64,000 bases of DNA from Eledone cirrhosa (lineage: Eukaryota). The stretch is taken from NCBI GenBank assembly GCA_964016885.1, contig OZ024740.1, positions 32,178,001 through 32,242,000 on the forward strand. The letters run 5' to 3'. Below the pieces are notes generated by a model. The model was not told the origin of the DNA. It ran no database searches and saw only the letters and a program-made list of their open reading frames with translations. Position numbers and translations under genes: made by a program. Below are positions 1 through 13,500 of the stretch, in pieces. The stretch's first letter is position 1. Each line of letters opens with the position of its first letter.

Positions 1-3000
1 ATAGTATCTCCTTCCCAATCTAATATCTGACAGTAACTCCTTCCCATTCTAATATCTGATAGTATCTCCTTCTCAATGTAATATCTGATAGTATCTCCTT
101 CCCAATCTAATATCTGATAGTATCTCCTTCTCAATGTAATATCTGATAGTATCTCCTTCCCATTCTAATATCTGATAGTATCTCCTTCCCAATGTAATAT
201 CTGATAGTATCTCCTTCCCAATCTAATATCTGATAGTATCCCCTTCCCAATCTAATGTCTGATAGTATCTCCTTCCCAATCTAATATCTGATAGTAACTC
301 CTTCCCAATCTAATGTCTGACAGTATCTCCTTCCCAATCTAATATCTGACAGTAACTCCTTCCCAATCTAATATCTGATAGTATCTCCTTCCCAATGTAA
401 TATCTGATAGTATCTCCTTCCCAATCTAATATATGATAGTATCCCATTCCCAATCTAATGTCTGATAGTATCTCCTTCCCAATCTAATATCTGATAGTAT
501 CTCCTTTCCAATCTAATGTCTGACAGTAACTCCTTCCCATTCTAATATCTGATAGTAACTCCTTCCCAATCTAATATCTGACAGTAACTCCTTCCCAATC
601 TAATATCTGACAGTATCTCCTTCACAATCTAATGTCTGATAGTAACTCCTTCCCAATCTAATGTCTGATAGTATCTCCTTCCCAATCTAATATCTGACAG
701 TATCTCCTTCCCATTCTAATATCTGACAGTATCTCCTTTCCAATCTAATATCTGATAGTATCTCCTTCGCAATCTAATGTCTGATAGTATCTCCTTCCCA
801 ATCTAATATCTGATAGTATCTCCTTCCCAATCTAATATCTGACAGTAACTCCTTCCCAATGTAATATCTGATAGTACCTCCTTCCCAATCTAATGTCTGA
901 TAGTATCCCCTTCCCATTCTAATATCTGATAGTATCTCCTTCCCAATCTAATATCTGATAGTATCTCCTTCCCAATCTAATGTCTGACAGTAACTCCTTC
1001 CCAATGTAATATCTGATAGTATCTCCTTCCCAATCTAATATCTGATAGTAACTCCTTCCCATTCTAATATCTGACAGTAACTCCTTCCCAATCTAATATC
1101 TGACAGTATCTCCTTCACAATCTAATATCTGATAGTAACTCCTTCCCAATCTAATGTCTGATAGTATCTCCTTCCCAATCTAATGTCTGACAGTAACTCC
1201 TTCCCATTCTAATATCTGATAGTATCTCCTTCCCAATCTAATGTCTGATAGTATCTCCTTCCCAATCTAATATCTGACAGTATCTCCTTCCCAATCTAAT
1301 GTCTGATAGTATCTCCTCATTCTAATATCTGATAGTATCTCCTTCCCAATCTAATGTCTGATAGTATCTCCTTCCCAATCTAATATCTGACAGTAACTCC
1401 TTCCCAATCTAATATCTGATAGTATCTCCTTCCCAATCTAATGTCTCATAGTATCTCCTTTCCATTCTAATATCTGATAGTATCTCCTTCCCATTCTAAT
1501 ATCTGATAGTATCTCCTTCCCAATCTAATATCTGACAGTAACTCCTTCCCAATCTAATATCTGACAGTAACTCCTTCCCAGTGTAATATCTGATAGTAAC
1601 TCCTTCCCATTCTAATATCTGATAGTAACTCCTTCCCATTCTAATATCTGATAGTATCCCCTTCCCAATCTAATGTCTGATAGTATCTCCTTCCCAATCT
1701 AATATCTGACAGTAACTCCTTCCCAATCTAATATCTGATAGTATCTCCTTCCCAATCTAATATCTGATAGTATCTCCTTCCCAATCTAATGTCTGATAGT
1801 ATCTCCTTCCCATTCTAATATCTGACAGTATCTCCTTCCCATTCTAATATCTGACAGTATCTCCTTCCCATTCTAATATCTGATAGTATCTCCTTCCCAA
1901 TCTAATGTCTGACAGTAACTCCTTCCCAATCTAATATCTGATAGTATCTCCTTCCCAATCTAATGCCTGATAGTATCTCCTTCCCAATCTAATGTCTGAT
2001 AGTATCTCCATCCCATTCTAATATCTGACAGTATCTCCTTCCCATTCTAATATCTGACAGTATCTCCTTCCCAATCTAATATCTGATAGTATCTCCTTCC
2101 CAATCTAATGTCTGATAGTATCTCCTTCCCAATCTAATATCTGATAGTATCTCCTTCCCAATCTAATATCTGATAGTATCTCCTTCCCAATCTAATGTCT
2201 GACAGTATCTCCTTCCCATTCTAATATCTGACTAACTCCTTCCCAATGTAATATCTGATAGTAACTCCTTCCCAATCTAATGTCTGATAGTATCTCCTTC
2301 TCAATCTAATATCTGACAGTAACTCCTTCCCAATCTAATATCTGATAGTATCTCCTTCCCAATCTAATGTCTGACAGTATCTCCTTCCCAATCTAATATC
2401 TGATAGTATCTCCTTCCCAATCTAATATCTGATAGTAACTCCTTCCCAATCTAATATCTGACAGTAACTCCTTACCAATGTAATATCTGATAGTATCTCC
2501 TTCCCAATCTAATGTCTGATAGTATCCCCTTCCCATTCTAATATCTGATAGTATCTCCTTCCCAATCTAATATCTGATAGTATCTCCTTCCCAATCTAAT
2601 GTCTGACAGTAACTCCTTCCCAATGTAATATCTGATAGTATCTCCTTCCCAATCTAATATCTGATAGTAACTCCTTCCCATTCTAATATCTGACAGTAAC
2701 TCCTTCCCAATCTAATATCTGACAGTATCTCCTTCACAATCTAATATCTGATAGTAACTCCTTCCCAATCTAATGTCTGATAGTATCTCCTTCCCAATCT
2801 AATGTCTGACAGTAACTCCTTCCCATTCTAATATCTGATAGTATCTCCTTCCCAATCTAATGTCTGACAGTATCTCCTTCCCAATCTAATATCTGATAGT
2901 ATCTCCTTCCCAATCTAATATCTGATAGTAACTCCTTCCCAATCTAATATCTGACAGTAACTCCTTACCAATGTAATATCTGATAGTATCTCCTTCCCAA

Positions 3001-3158
3001 TCTAATGTCTGATAGTATCTCCTTCCCAATCTAATATCTGACAGTATCTCCTTCCCAATCTAATGTCTGATAGTATCTCCTTCTCATTCTAATATCTGAT
3101 AGTATCTCCTTCCCAATCTAATGTCTGATAGTATCTCCTTCCCAATCTAATATCTGAC

Positions 3159-6100
3159 AGTAACTCCTTCCCAATCTAATATCTGATAGTATCTCCTTCC
3201 CAATCTAATGTCTGATAGTATCTCCTTTCCATTCTAATATCTGATAGTATCTCCTTCCCATTCTAATATCTGATAGTATCTCCTTCCCAATCTAATATCT
3301 GACAGTAACTCCTTCCCAATCTAATATCTGACAGTAACTCCTTACCAGTGTAATATCTGATAGTAACTCCTTCCCATTCTAATATCTGATAGTAACTCCT
3401 TCCCATTCTAATATCTGATAGTATCCCCTTCCCAATCTAATGTCTGATAGTATCTCCTTCCCAATCTAATATCTGACAGTAACTCCTTCCCAATCTAATA
3501 TCTGATAGTATCTCCTTCCCAATCTAATATCTGATAGTATCTCCTTCCCAATCTAATGTCTGATAGTATCTCCTTCCCATTCTATTATCTGACAGTATCT
3601 CCTTCCCATTCTAATATCTGACAGTATCTCCTTCCCATTCTAATATCTGATAGTATCTCCTTCCCAATCTAATATCTGACAGTAACTCCTTCCCAATCTA
3701 ATATCTGATATTATCTCCTTCCCAATCTAATGCCTGATAGTATCTCCTTCCCAATCTAATGTCTGATAGTATCTCCTTCCCATTCTAATATCTGACAGTA
3801 TCTCCTTCCCATTCTAATATCTGACAGTATCTCCTTCCCAATCTAATATCTGATAGTATCTCCTTCCCAATCTAATGTCTGATAGTATCTCCTTCCCAAT
3901 CTAATATCTGATAGTATCTCCTTCCCAATCTAATATCTGATAGTATCTCCTTCCCAATCTAATGTCTGACAGTATCTCCTTCCCATTCTAATATCTGACT
4001 AACTCCTTCCCAATGTAATATCTGATAGTAACTCCTTCCCAATCTAATGTCTGATAGTATCTCCTTCTCAATCTAATATCTGACAGTAACTCCTTCCCAA
4101 TCTAATATCTGATAGTATCTCCTTCCCAATCTAATGTCTGACAGTATCTCCTTCCCAATCTAATATCTGATAGTATCTCCTTCCCAATCTAATATCTGAT
4201 AGTAACTCCTTCCCAATCTAATATCTGATAGTATCTCCTTCCCAATCTAATGTCTGACAGTATCTCCTTCCCAATCTAATATCTGATAGTATCTCCTTCC
4301 CAATCTAATATCTGACAGTAACTCCTTCCCAATCTAATATCTGACAGTATCTCCTTCCCAATCTAATGTCTGACAGTATCTCCTTCCATTCTAATATCTG
4401 ACAGTAACTCCTTCCCAATGTAATATCTGATAGTATCTCCTTCCCAATCTAATATCTGATAGTATCTCCTTCCCAATCTAATGTCTGATAGTATCTCCTT
4501 CCCATTCTAATATCTGACAGTAACTCCTTCCCATTCTAATGTCTGATAGTATCTCCTTCCCATTCTAATATCTGACAGTATCTCCTTCCCATTCTAATGT
4601 CTGATAGTATCCCCTTCCCATTCTAATATCTGATAGTATCTCCTTCCCAATCTAATGTCTGATAGTATCCCCTTCCCATTCCAGTATCTGATAGTAACTC
4701 CCTCCCATTCTAATATCTGATAGTATCCCCTTCCCAATCTAATGTCTGATAGTATCTCCTTCCCAATCTAATATCTGACAGTAACTCCTTCCCAATCTAA
4801 TATCTGATAGTATCTCCTTCCCAATCTAATATCTGATAGTATCTCCTTCCCAATCAAATGTCTGATAGTATCTCCTTCCCATTCTAATAGCTGACAGTAT
4901 CTCCTTCCCATTCTAATATCTGACAGTATCTCCTTCCCATTCTAATATCTGATAGTATCTCCTTCCCAATCTAATATCTGACAGTAACTCCTTCCCAATC
5001 AAATATCTGATAGTATCTCCTTCCCAATCTAATGCCTGATAGTATCTCCTTCCCAATCTAATGTCTGATAGTATCTCCTTCCCATTCTAATATCTGACAG
5101 TATCTCCTTCCCATTCTAATATCTGACAGTATCTCCTTCCCAATTTAATATCTGATAGTATCTCCTTCCCAATCTAATGTCTGATAGTATCTCCTTCCCA
5201 ATCTAATATCTGATAGTATCTCCTTCCCAATCTAATATCTGATAGTATCTCCTTCCCAATCTAATGTCTGACAGTATCTCCTTCCCATTCTAATATCTGA
5301 CTAACTCCTTCCCAATGTAATATCTGATAGTAACTCCTTCCCAATCTAATATCTGATAGTATCTCCTTCCCAAACTAATGTCTGATAGTATCTCCTTTCC
5401 ATTCTAATATCTGATAGTATCTCCTTCCCATTCTAATATCTGATAGTATCTCCTTCCCAATCTAATATCTGACAGTAACTCCTTCCCAATCTAATATCTG
5501 ACAGTAACTCCTTCCCAGTGTAATATCTGATAGTAACTCCTTCCCATTCTAATATCTGATAGTAACTCCTTCCCATTCTAATATCTGATAGTATCCCCTT
5601 CCCAATCTAATGTCTGATAGTATCTCCTTCCCAATCTAATAGCTGACAGTAACTCCTTCCCAATCTAATATCTGATAGTATCTCCTTCCCAATCTAATAT
5701 CTGATAGTATCTCCTTCCCAATCTAATGTCTGATAGTATCTCCTTCCCATTCTAATATCTGACAGTATCTCCTTCCCATTCTAATATCTGACAGTATCTC
5801 CTTCCCATTCTAATATCTGATAGTATCTCCTTCCCAATCTAATATCTGACAGTAACTCCTTCCCAATCTAATATCTGATAGTATCTCCTTCCCAATCTAA
5901 TGCCTGATAGTATCTCTTTCCCAATCTAATGTCTGATAGTATCTCCTTCCCATTCTAATATCTGACAGTATCTCCTTCCCATTCTAATATCTGACAGTAT
6001 CTCCTTCCCAATCTAATATCTGATAATATCTCCTTCCCAATCTAATGTCTGATAGTATCTCCTTCCCAATCTAATATCTGATAGTATCTCCTTCCCAATC

Positions 6101-7520
6101 TAATATCTGATAGTATCTCCTTCCCAATCTAATGTCTGACAGTATCTCCTTCCCATTCTAATATCTGACTAACTCCTTCCCAATGTAATATCTGATAGTA
6201 ACTCCTTCCCAATCTAATGTCTGATAGTATCTCCTTCTCAATCTAATATCTGACAGTAACTCCTTCCCAATCTAATATCTGATAGTATCTCCTTCCCAAT
6301 CTAATGTCTGACAGTATCTCCTTCCCAATCTAATATCTGATAGTATCTCCTTCCCAATCTAATATCTGATAGTAACTCCTTCCCAATCTAATATCTGATA
6401 GTATCTCCTTCCCAATCTAATGTCTGACAGTATCTCCTTCCCAATCTAATATCTGATAGTATCTCCTTCCCAATCTAATATCTGACAGTAACTCCTTCCC
6501 AATCTAATATCTGACAGTATCTCCTTCCCAATCTAATGTCTGACAGTATCTCCTTCCATTCTAATATCTGACAGTAACTCCTTCCCAATGTAATATCTGA
6601 TAGTATCTCCTTCCCAATCTAATATCTGATAGTATCTCCTTCCCAATCTAATGTCTGATAGTATCTCCTTCCCATTCTAATATCTGACAGTAACTCCTTC
6701 CCATTCTAATGTCTGATAGTATCTCCTTCCCATTCTAATATCTGACAGTATCTCCTTCCCATTCTAATGTCTGATAGTATCCCCTTCCCATTCTAATATC
6801 TGATAGTATCTCCTTCCCAATCTAATGTCTGATAGTATCCCCTTCCCATTCTAATATCTGATAGTAACTCCTTCCCATTCTAATATCTGATAGTATCCCC
6901 TTCCCAATCTAATGTCTGATAGTATCTCCTTCCCAATCTAATATCTGACAGTAACTCCTTCCCAATCTAATATCTGATAGTATCTCCTTCCCAATCTAAT
7001 ATCTGATAGTATCTCCTTCCCAATCTAATGTCTGATAGTATCTCCTTCCCATTCTAATATCTGACAGTATCTCCTTCCCATTCTAATATCTGACAGTATC
7101 TCCTTCCCATTCTAATATCTGATAGTATCTCCTTCCCAATCTAATATCTGACAGTAACTCCTTCCCAATCTAATATCTGATAGTATCTCCTTCCCAATCT
7201 AATGCCTGATAGTATCTCCTTCCCAATCTAATGTCTGATAGTATCTCCTTCCCATTCTAATATCTGACAGTATCTCCTTCCCATTCTAATATCTGACAGT
7301 ATATCCTTCCCAATTTAATATCTGATAGTATCTCCTTCCCAATCTAATGTCTGATAGTATCTCCTTCCCAATCTAATATCTGATAGTATCTCCTTCCCAA
7401 TCTAATATCTGATAGTATCTCCTTCCCAATCTAATGTCTGACAGTATCTCCTTCCCATTCTAATATCTGACTAACTCCTTCCCAATGTAATATCTGATAG
7501 TAACTCCTTCCCAATCTAAT
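3159..7520. repeat. Tandem block duplication, period 2,170 bp (75 monomers)
   Basis: Shared markers at +2170: CAGTG 3348/5518, GCCTG 3733/5903 and 5035/7205, CAATTTAA 5141/7311. 75x29-5 matches the deletion monomers inside the unit (2+1+2). Confidence 0.85.
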
Positions 7521-10500
7521 GTCTGATAGTATCTCCTTCTCAATCTAATATCTGACAGTAACTCCTTCCCAATCTAATATCTGATAGTATCTCCTTCCCA
7601 ATCTAATGTCTGACAGTATCTCCTTCCCAATCTAATATCTGATAGTATCTCCTTCCCAATCTAATATCTGATAGTAACTCCTTCCCAATCTAATATCTGA
7701 CAGTAACTCCTTCCCAATGTAATATCTGATAGTATCTCCTTCCCAATCTAATATCTGACAGTAACTCCTTCCCAATCTAATATCTGACAGTAACTCCTTC
7801 CCAGTGTAATATCTGATAGTAACTCCTTCCCATTCTAATATCTGATAGTATCCCCTTCCCAATCTAATGTCTGATAGTATCTCCTTCCCAATCTAATATC
7901 TGACAGTAACTCCTTCCCAATCTAATATCTGATAGTATCTCCTTCCCAATCTAATATCTGATAGTATCTCCTTCCCAATCTAATGTCTGATAGTATCTCC
8001 TTCCCATTCTAATATCTGACAGTATCTCCTTCCCATTCTAATATCTGACAGTATCTCCTTCCCATTCTAATATCTGATAGTATCTCCTTCCCAATCTAAT
8101 ATCTGACAGTAACTCCTTCCCAATCTAATATCTGATAGTATCTCCTTCCCATTCTAATATCTGACAGTATCTCCTTCCCAATCTAATATCTGACAGTAAC
8201 TCCTTCCCAATCTAATATCTGATAGTATCTCCTTCCCAATCTAATATCTGACAGTAACTCCTTCCCAATCTAATATCTGATAGTATCTCCTTCCCAATCT
8301 AATGCCTGATAGTATCTCTTTCCCAATCTAATGTCTGATAGTATCTCCTTCCCATTCTAATATCTGACAGTATCTCCTTCCCATTCTAATATCTGTCAGT
8401 ATCTCCTTCCCAATCTAATATCTGATAGTATCTCCTTCCCAATCTAATGTCTGATAGTATCTCCTTCCCAATCTAATATCTGATAGTATCTCCTTCCCAA
8501 TCTAATATCTGATAGTATCTCCTTCCCAATCTAATGTCTGACAGTATCTCCTTCCCATTCTAATATCTGACTAACTCCTTCCCAATGTAATATCTGATAG
8601 TAACTCCTTCCCAATCTAATGTCTGATAGTATCTCCTTCTCAATCTAATATCTGACAGTAACTCCTTCCCAATCTAATATCTGATAGTATCTCCTTCCCA
8701 ATCTAATGTCTGACAGTATCTCCTTCCCAATCTAATATCTGATAGTATCTCCTTCCCAATCTAATATCTGATAGTAACTCCTTCCCAATCTAATATCTGA
8801 TAGTATCTCCTTCCCAATCTAATGTCTGACAGTATCTCCTTCCCAATCTAATATCTGATAGTATCTCCTTCCCAATCTAATATCTGACAGTAACTCCTTC
8901 CCAATCTAATATCTGACAGTATCTCCTTCCCAATCTAATGTCTGACAGTATCTCCTTCCATTCTAATATCTGACAGTAACTCCTTCCCAATGTAATATCT
9001 GATAGTATCTCCTTCCCAATCTAATATCTGATAGTATCTCCTTCCCAATCTAATGTCTGATAGTATCTCCTTCCCATTCTAATATCTGACAGTAACTCCT
9101 TCCCATTCTAATGTCTGATAGTATCTCCTTCCCATTCTAATATCTGACAGTATCTCCTTCCCATTCTAATGTCTGATAGTATCCCCTTCCCATTCTAATA
9201 TCTGATAGTATCTCCTTCCCAATCTAATGTCTGATAGTATCCCCTTCCCATTCTAATATCTGATAGTAACTCCTTCCCAATCTAATATCTGATAGTATCT
9301 CCTTCCCAATCTAATATCTGATAGTATCTCCTTCCCAATCTAATGTCTGATAGTATCTCCTTCCCATTCTAATATCTGACAGTATCTCCTTCCCATTCTA
9401 ATATCTGACAGTATCTCCTTCCCATTCTAATATCTGATAGTATCTCCTTCCCAATCTAATATCTGACAGTAACTCCTTCCCAATCTAATATCTGATAGTA
9501 TCTCCTTCCCAATCTAATGCTTGATAGTATCTCCTTCCCAATCTAATGTCTGATAGTATCTCCTTCCCATTCTAATATCTGACAGTATCTCCTTCCCATT
9601 CTAATATCTGACAGTATATCCTTCCCAATTTAATATCTGATAGTATCTCCTTCCCAATCTAATGTCTGATAGTATCTCCTTCCCAATCTAATATCTGATA
9701 GTATCTCCTTCCCAATCTAATATCTGATAGTATCTCCTTCCCAATCTAATGTCTGACAGTATCTCCTTCCCATTCTAATATCTGACTAACTCCTTCCCAA
9801 TGTAATATCTGATAGTAACTCCTTCCCAATCTAATGTCTGATAGTATCTCCTTCTCAATCTAATATCTGACAGGAACTCCTTCCCAATCTAATGTCTGAT
9901 AGTATCTCCTTCTCAATCTAATATCTGATAGTAACTCCTTCCCAATCTAATATCTGACAGTAACTCCTTCCCAATGTAATATCTGATAGTATCTCCTTCC
10001 CAATCTAATATCTGACAGTAACTCCTTCCCAATCTAATATCTGACAGTAACTCCTTCCCAGTGTAATATCTGATAGTAACTCCTTCCCATTCTAATATCT
10101 GATAGTAACTCCTTCCCATTCTAATATCTGATAGTATCCCCTTCCCAATCTAATGTCTGATAGTATCTCCTTCCCAATCTAATATCTGACAGTAACTCCT
10201 TCCCAATCTAATATCTGATAGTATCTCCTTCCCAATCTAATATCTGATAGTATCTCCTTCCCAATCTAATGTCTGATAGTATCTCCTTCCCATTCTAATA
10301 TCTGACAGTATCTCCTTCCTATTCTAATATCTGACAGTATCTCCTTCCCATTCTAATATCTGATAGTATCTCCTTCCCAATCTAATATCTGACAGTAACT
10401 CCTTCCCAATCTAATATCTGATAGTATCTCCTTCCCATTCTAATATCTGACAGTATCTCCTTCCCAATCTAATATCTGATAGTATCTCCTTCCCAATCTA

Positions 10501-13500
10501 ATGTCTGATAGTATCTCCTTCCCATTCTAATATCTGACAGTATCTCCTTCCCATTCTAATATCTGATAGTATCTCCTTCCCAATCTAATGTCTGATAGTA
10601 TCTCCTTCCCAATCTAATATCTGACAGTAACTCCTTCCCAATCTAATATCTGATAGTATCTCCTTCCCAATCTAATATCTGACAGTATCTCCTTCCCAAT
10701 CTAATATCTGATAGTATCTCCTTCCCAATCTAATGTCTGATAGTATCTCCTTCCCATTCTAATATCTGATAGTATCTCCTTCCCATTCTAATATCTGATA
10801 GTATCTCCTTCCCAATCTAATATCTGATAGTATCTCCTTCCCAATCTAATGTCTGATAGTATCTCCTTCCCATTCTAATATCTGACAGTATCTCCTTCCC
10901 ATTCTAATATCTGACAGTATCTCCTTCCCATTCTAATATCTGATAGTATCTCCTTCCCATTCTAATATCTGACAGTATCTCCTTCCCAATCTAATATCTG
11001 ATAGTATCTCCTTCCCATTCTAATATCTGACAGTATCTCCTTCCCAATCTAATATCTGATAGTATCTCCTTCCCAATCTAATATCTGATAGTATCTCCTT
11101 CCCAATCTAATATCTGATAGTATCTCCTTCCCAATCTAATGTCTGACAGTATCTCCTTCCCATTCTAATATCTGACAGTAACTCCTTCCCAATGTAATAT
11201 CTGATAGTAACTCCTTCCCAATCTAATGTCTGATAGTATCTCCTTCTCAATCTAATATCTGACAGTAACTCCTTCCCAATCTAATATCTGATAGTATCTC
11301 CTTCCCAATCTAATGTCTGACAGTATCTCCTTCCCAATCTAATATCTGATAGTTCTCCTTCCCAATCTAATATCTGATAGTAACTCCATCCCAATCTAAT
11401 ATCTGATAGTATCTCCTTCCCAATCTAATGTCTGACAGTAACTCCTTCCCAATCTAATATCTGACAGTATCTCCTTCCCAATCTAATGTCTGACAGTATC
11501 TCCTTCCATTCTAATATCTGACAGTAACTCCTTCCCAATGTAATATCTGATAGTATCTCCTTCCCAATCTAATATCTGATAGTATCTCCTTCCCAATCTA
11601 ATGTCTGATAGTATCTCCTTCCCATTCTAATATCTGACAGTAACTCCTTCCCATTCTAATGTCTGATAGTATCTCCTTCCCATTCTAATATCTGACAGTA
11701 TCTCCTTCCCATTCTAATGTCTGATAGTATCCCCTTCCCATTCTAATATCTGATAGTATCTCCTTCCCAATCTAATGTCTGATAGTATCCCCTTCCCATT
11801 CTAATATCTGATAGTAACTCCTTCCCATTCTAATATCTGATAGTATCCCCTTCCCAATCTAATGTCTGATAGTATCTCCTTCCCAATCTAATATCTGACA
11901 GTAACTCCTTCCCAATCTAATATCTGATAGTATCTCCTTCCCAATCTAATATCTGATAGTATCTCCTTCCCAATCTAATGTCTGATAGTATCTCCTTCCC
12001 ATTCTAATATCTGACAGTATCTCCTTCCCATTCTAATATCTGACAGTATCTCCTTCCCATTCTAATATCTGATAGTATCTCCTTCCCAATCTAATATCTG
12101 ACAGTAACTCCTTCCCAATCTAATATCTGATAGTATCTCCTTCCCAATCTAATGCCTGATAGTATCTCCTTCCCAATCTAATGTCTGATAGTATCTCCTT
12201 CCCATTCTAATATCTGACAGTATCTCCTTCCCATTCTAATATCTGACAGTATATCCTTCCCAATTTAATATCTGATAGTATCTCCTTCCCAATCTAATGT
12301 CTGATAGTATCTCCTTCCCAATCTAATATCTGATAGTATCTCCTTCCCAATCTAATATCTGATAGTATCTCCTTCCCAATCTAATGTCTGACAGTATCTC
12401 CTTCCCATTCTAATATCTGACTAACTCCTTCCCAATGTAATATCTGATAGTAACTCCTTCCCAATCTAATGTCTGATAGTATCTCCTTCTCAATCTAATA
12501 TCTGACAGTAACTCCTTCCCAATCTAATATCTGATAGTATCTCCTTCCCAATCTAATGTCTGACAGTATCTCCTTCCCAATCTAATATCTGATAGTATCT
12601 CCTTCCCAATCTAATATCTGATAGTAACTCCTTCCCAATCTAATATCTGACAGTAACTCCTTCCCAATGTAATATCTGATAGTATCTCCTTCCCAATCTA
12701 ATATCTGACAGTAACTCCTTCCCAATCTAATATCTGACAGTAACTCCTTCCCAGTGTAATATCTGATAGTAACTCCTTCCCATTCTAATATCTGATAGTA
12801 TCCCCTTCCCAATCTAATGTCTGATAGTATCTCCTTCCCAATCTAATATCTGACAGTAACTCCTTCCCAATCTAATATCTGATAGTATCTCCTTCCCAAT
12901 CTAATATCTGATAGTATCTCCTTCCCAATCTAATGTCTGATAGTATCTCCTTCCCATTCTAATATCTGACAGTATCTCCTTCCCATTCTAATATCTGACA
13001 GTATCTCCTTCCCATTCTAATATCTGATAGTATCTCCTTCCCAATCTAATATCTGACAGTAACTCCTTCCCAATCTAATATCTGATAGTATCTCCTTCCC
13101 ATTCTAATATCTGACAGTATCTCCTTCCCAATCTAATATCTGACAGTAACTCCTTCCCAATCTAATATCTGATAGTATCTCCTTCCCAATCTAATATCTG
13201 ACAGTAACTCCTTCCCAATCTAATATCTGATAGTATCTCCTTCCCAATCTAATGCCTGATAGTATCTCTTTCCCAATCTAATGTCTGATAGTATCTCCTT
13301 CCCATTCTAATATCTGACAGTATCTCCTTCCCATTCTAATATCTGTCAGTATCTCCTTCCCAATCTAATATCTGATAGTATCTCCTTCCCAATCTAATGT
13401 CTGATAGTATCTCCTTCCCAATCTAATATCTGATAGTATCTCCTTCCCAATCTAATATCTGATAGTATCTCCTTCCCAATCTAATGTCTGACAGTATCTC

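Noticed and set aside
1-174. Nucleosome-sized 5-mer (145 bp) or 6-mer (174 bp) super-period
   Set aside because: The match is only arithmetic. I saw no consistent 5- or 6-monomer periodicity in the variant order.
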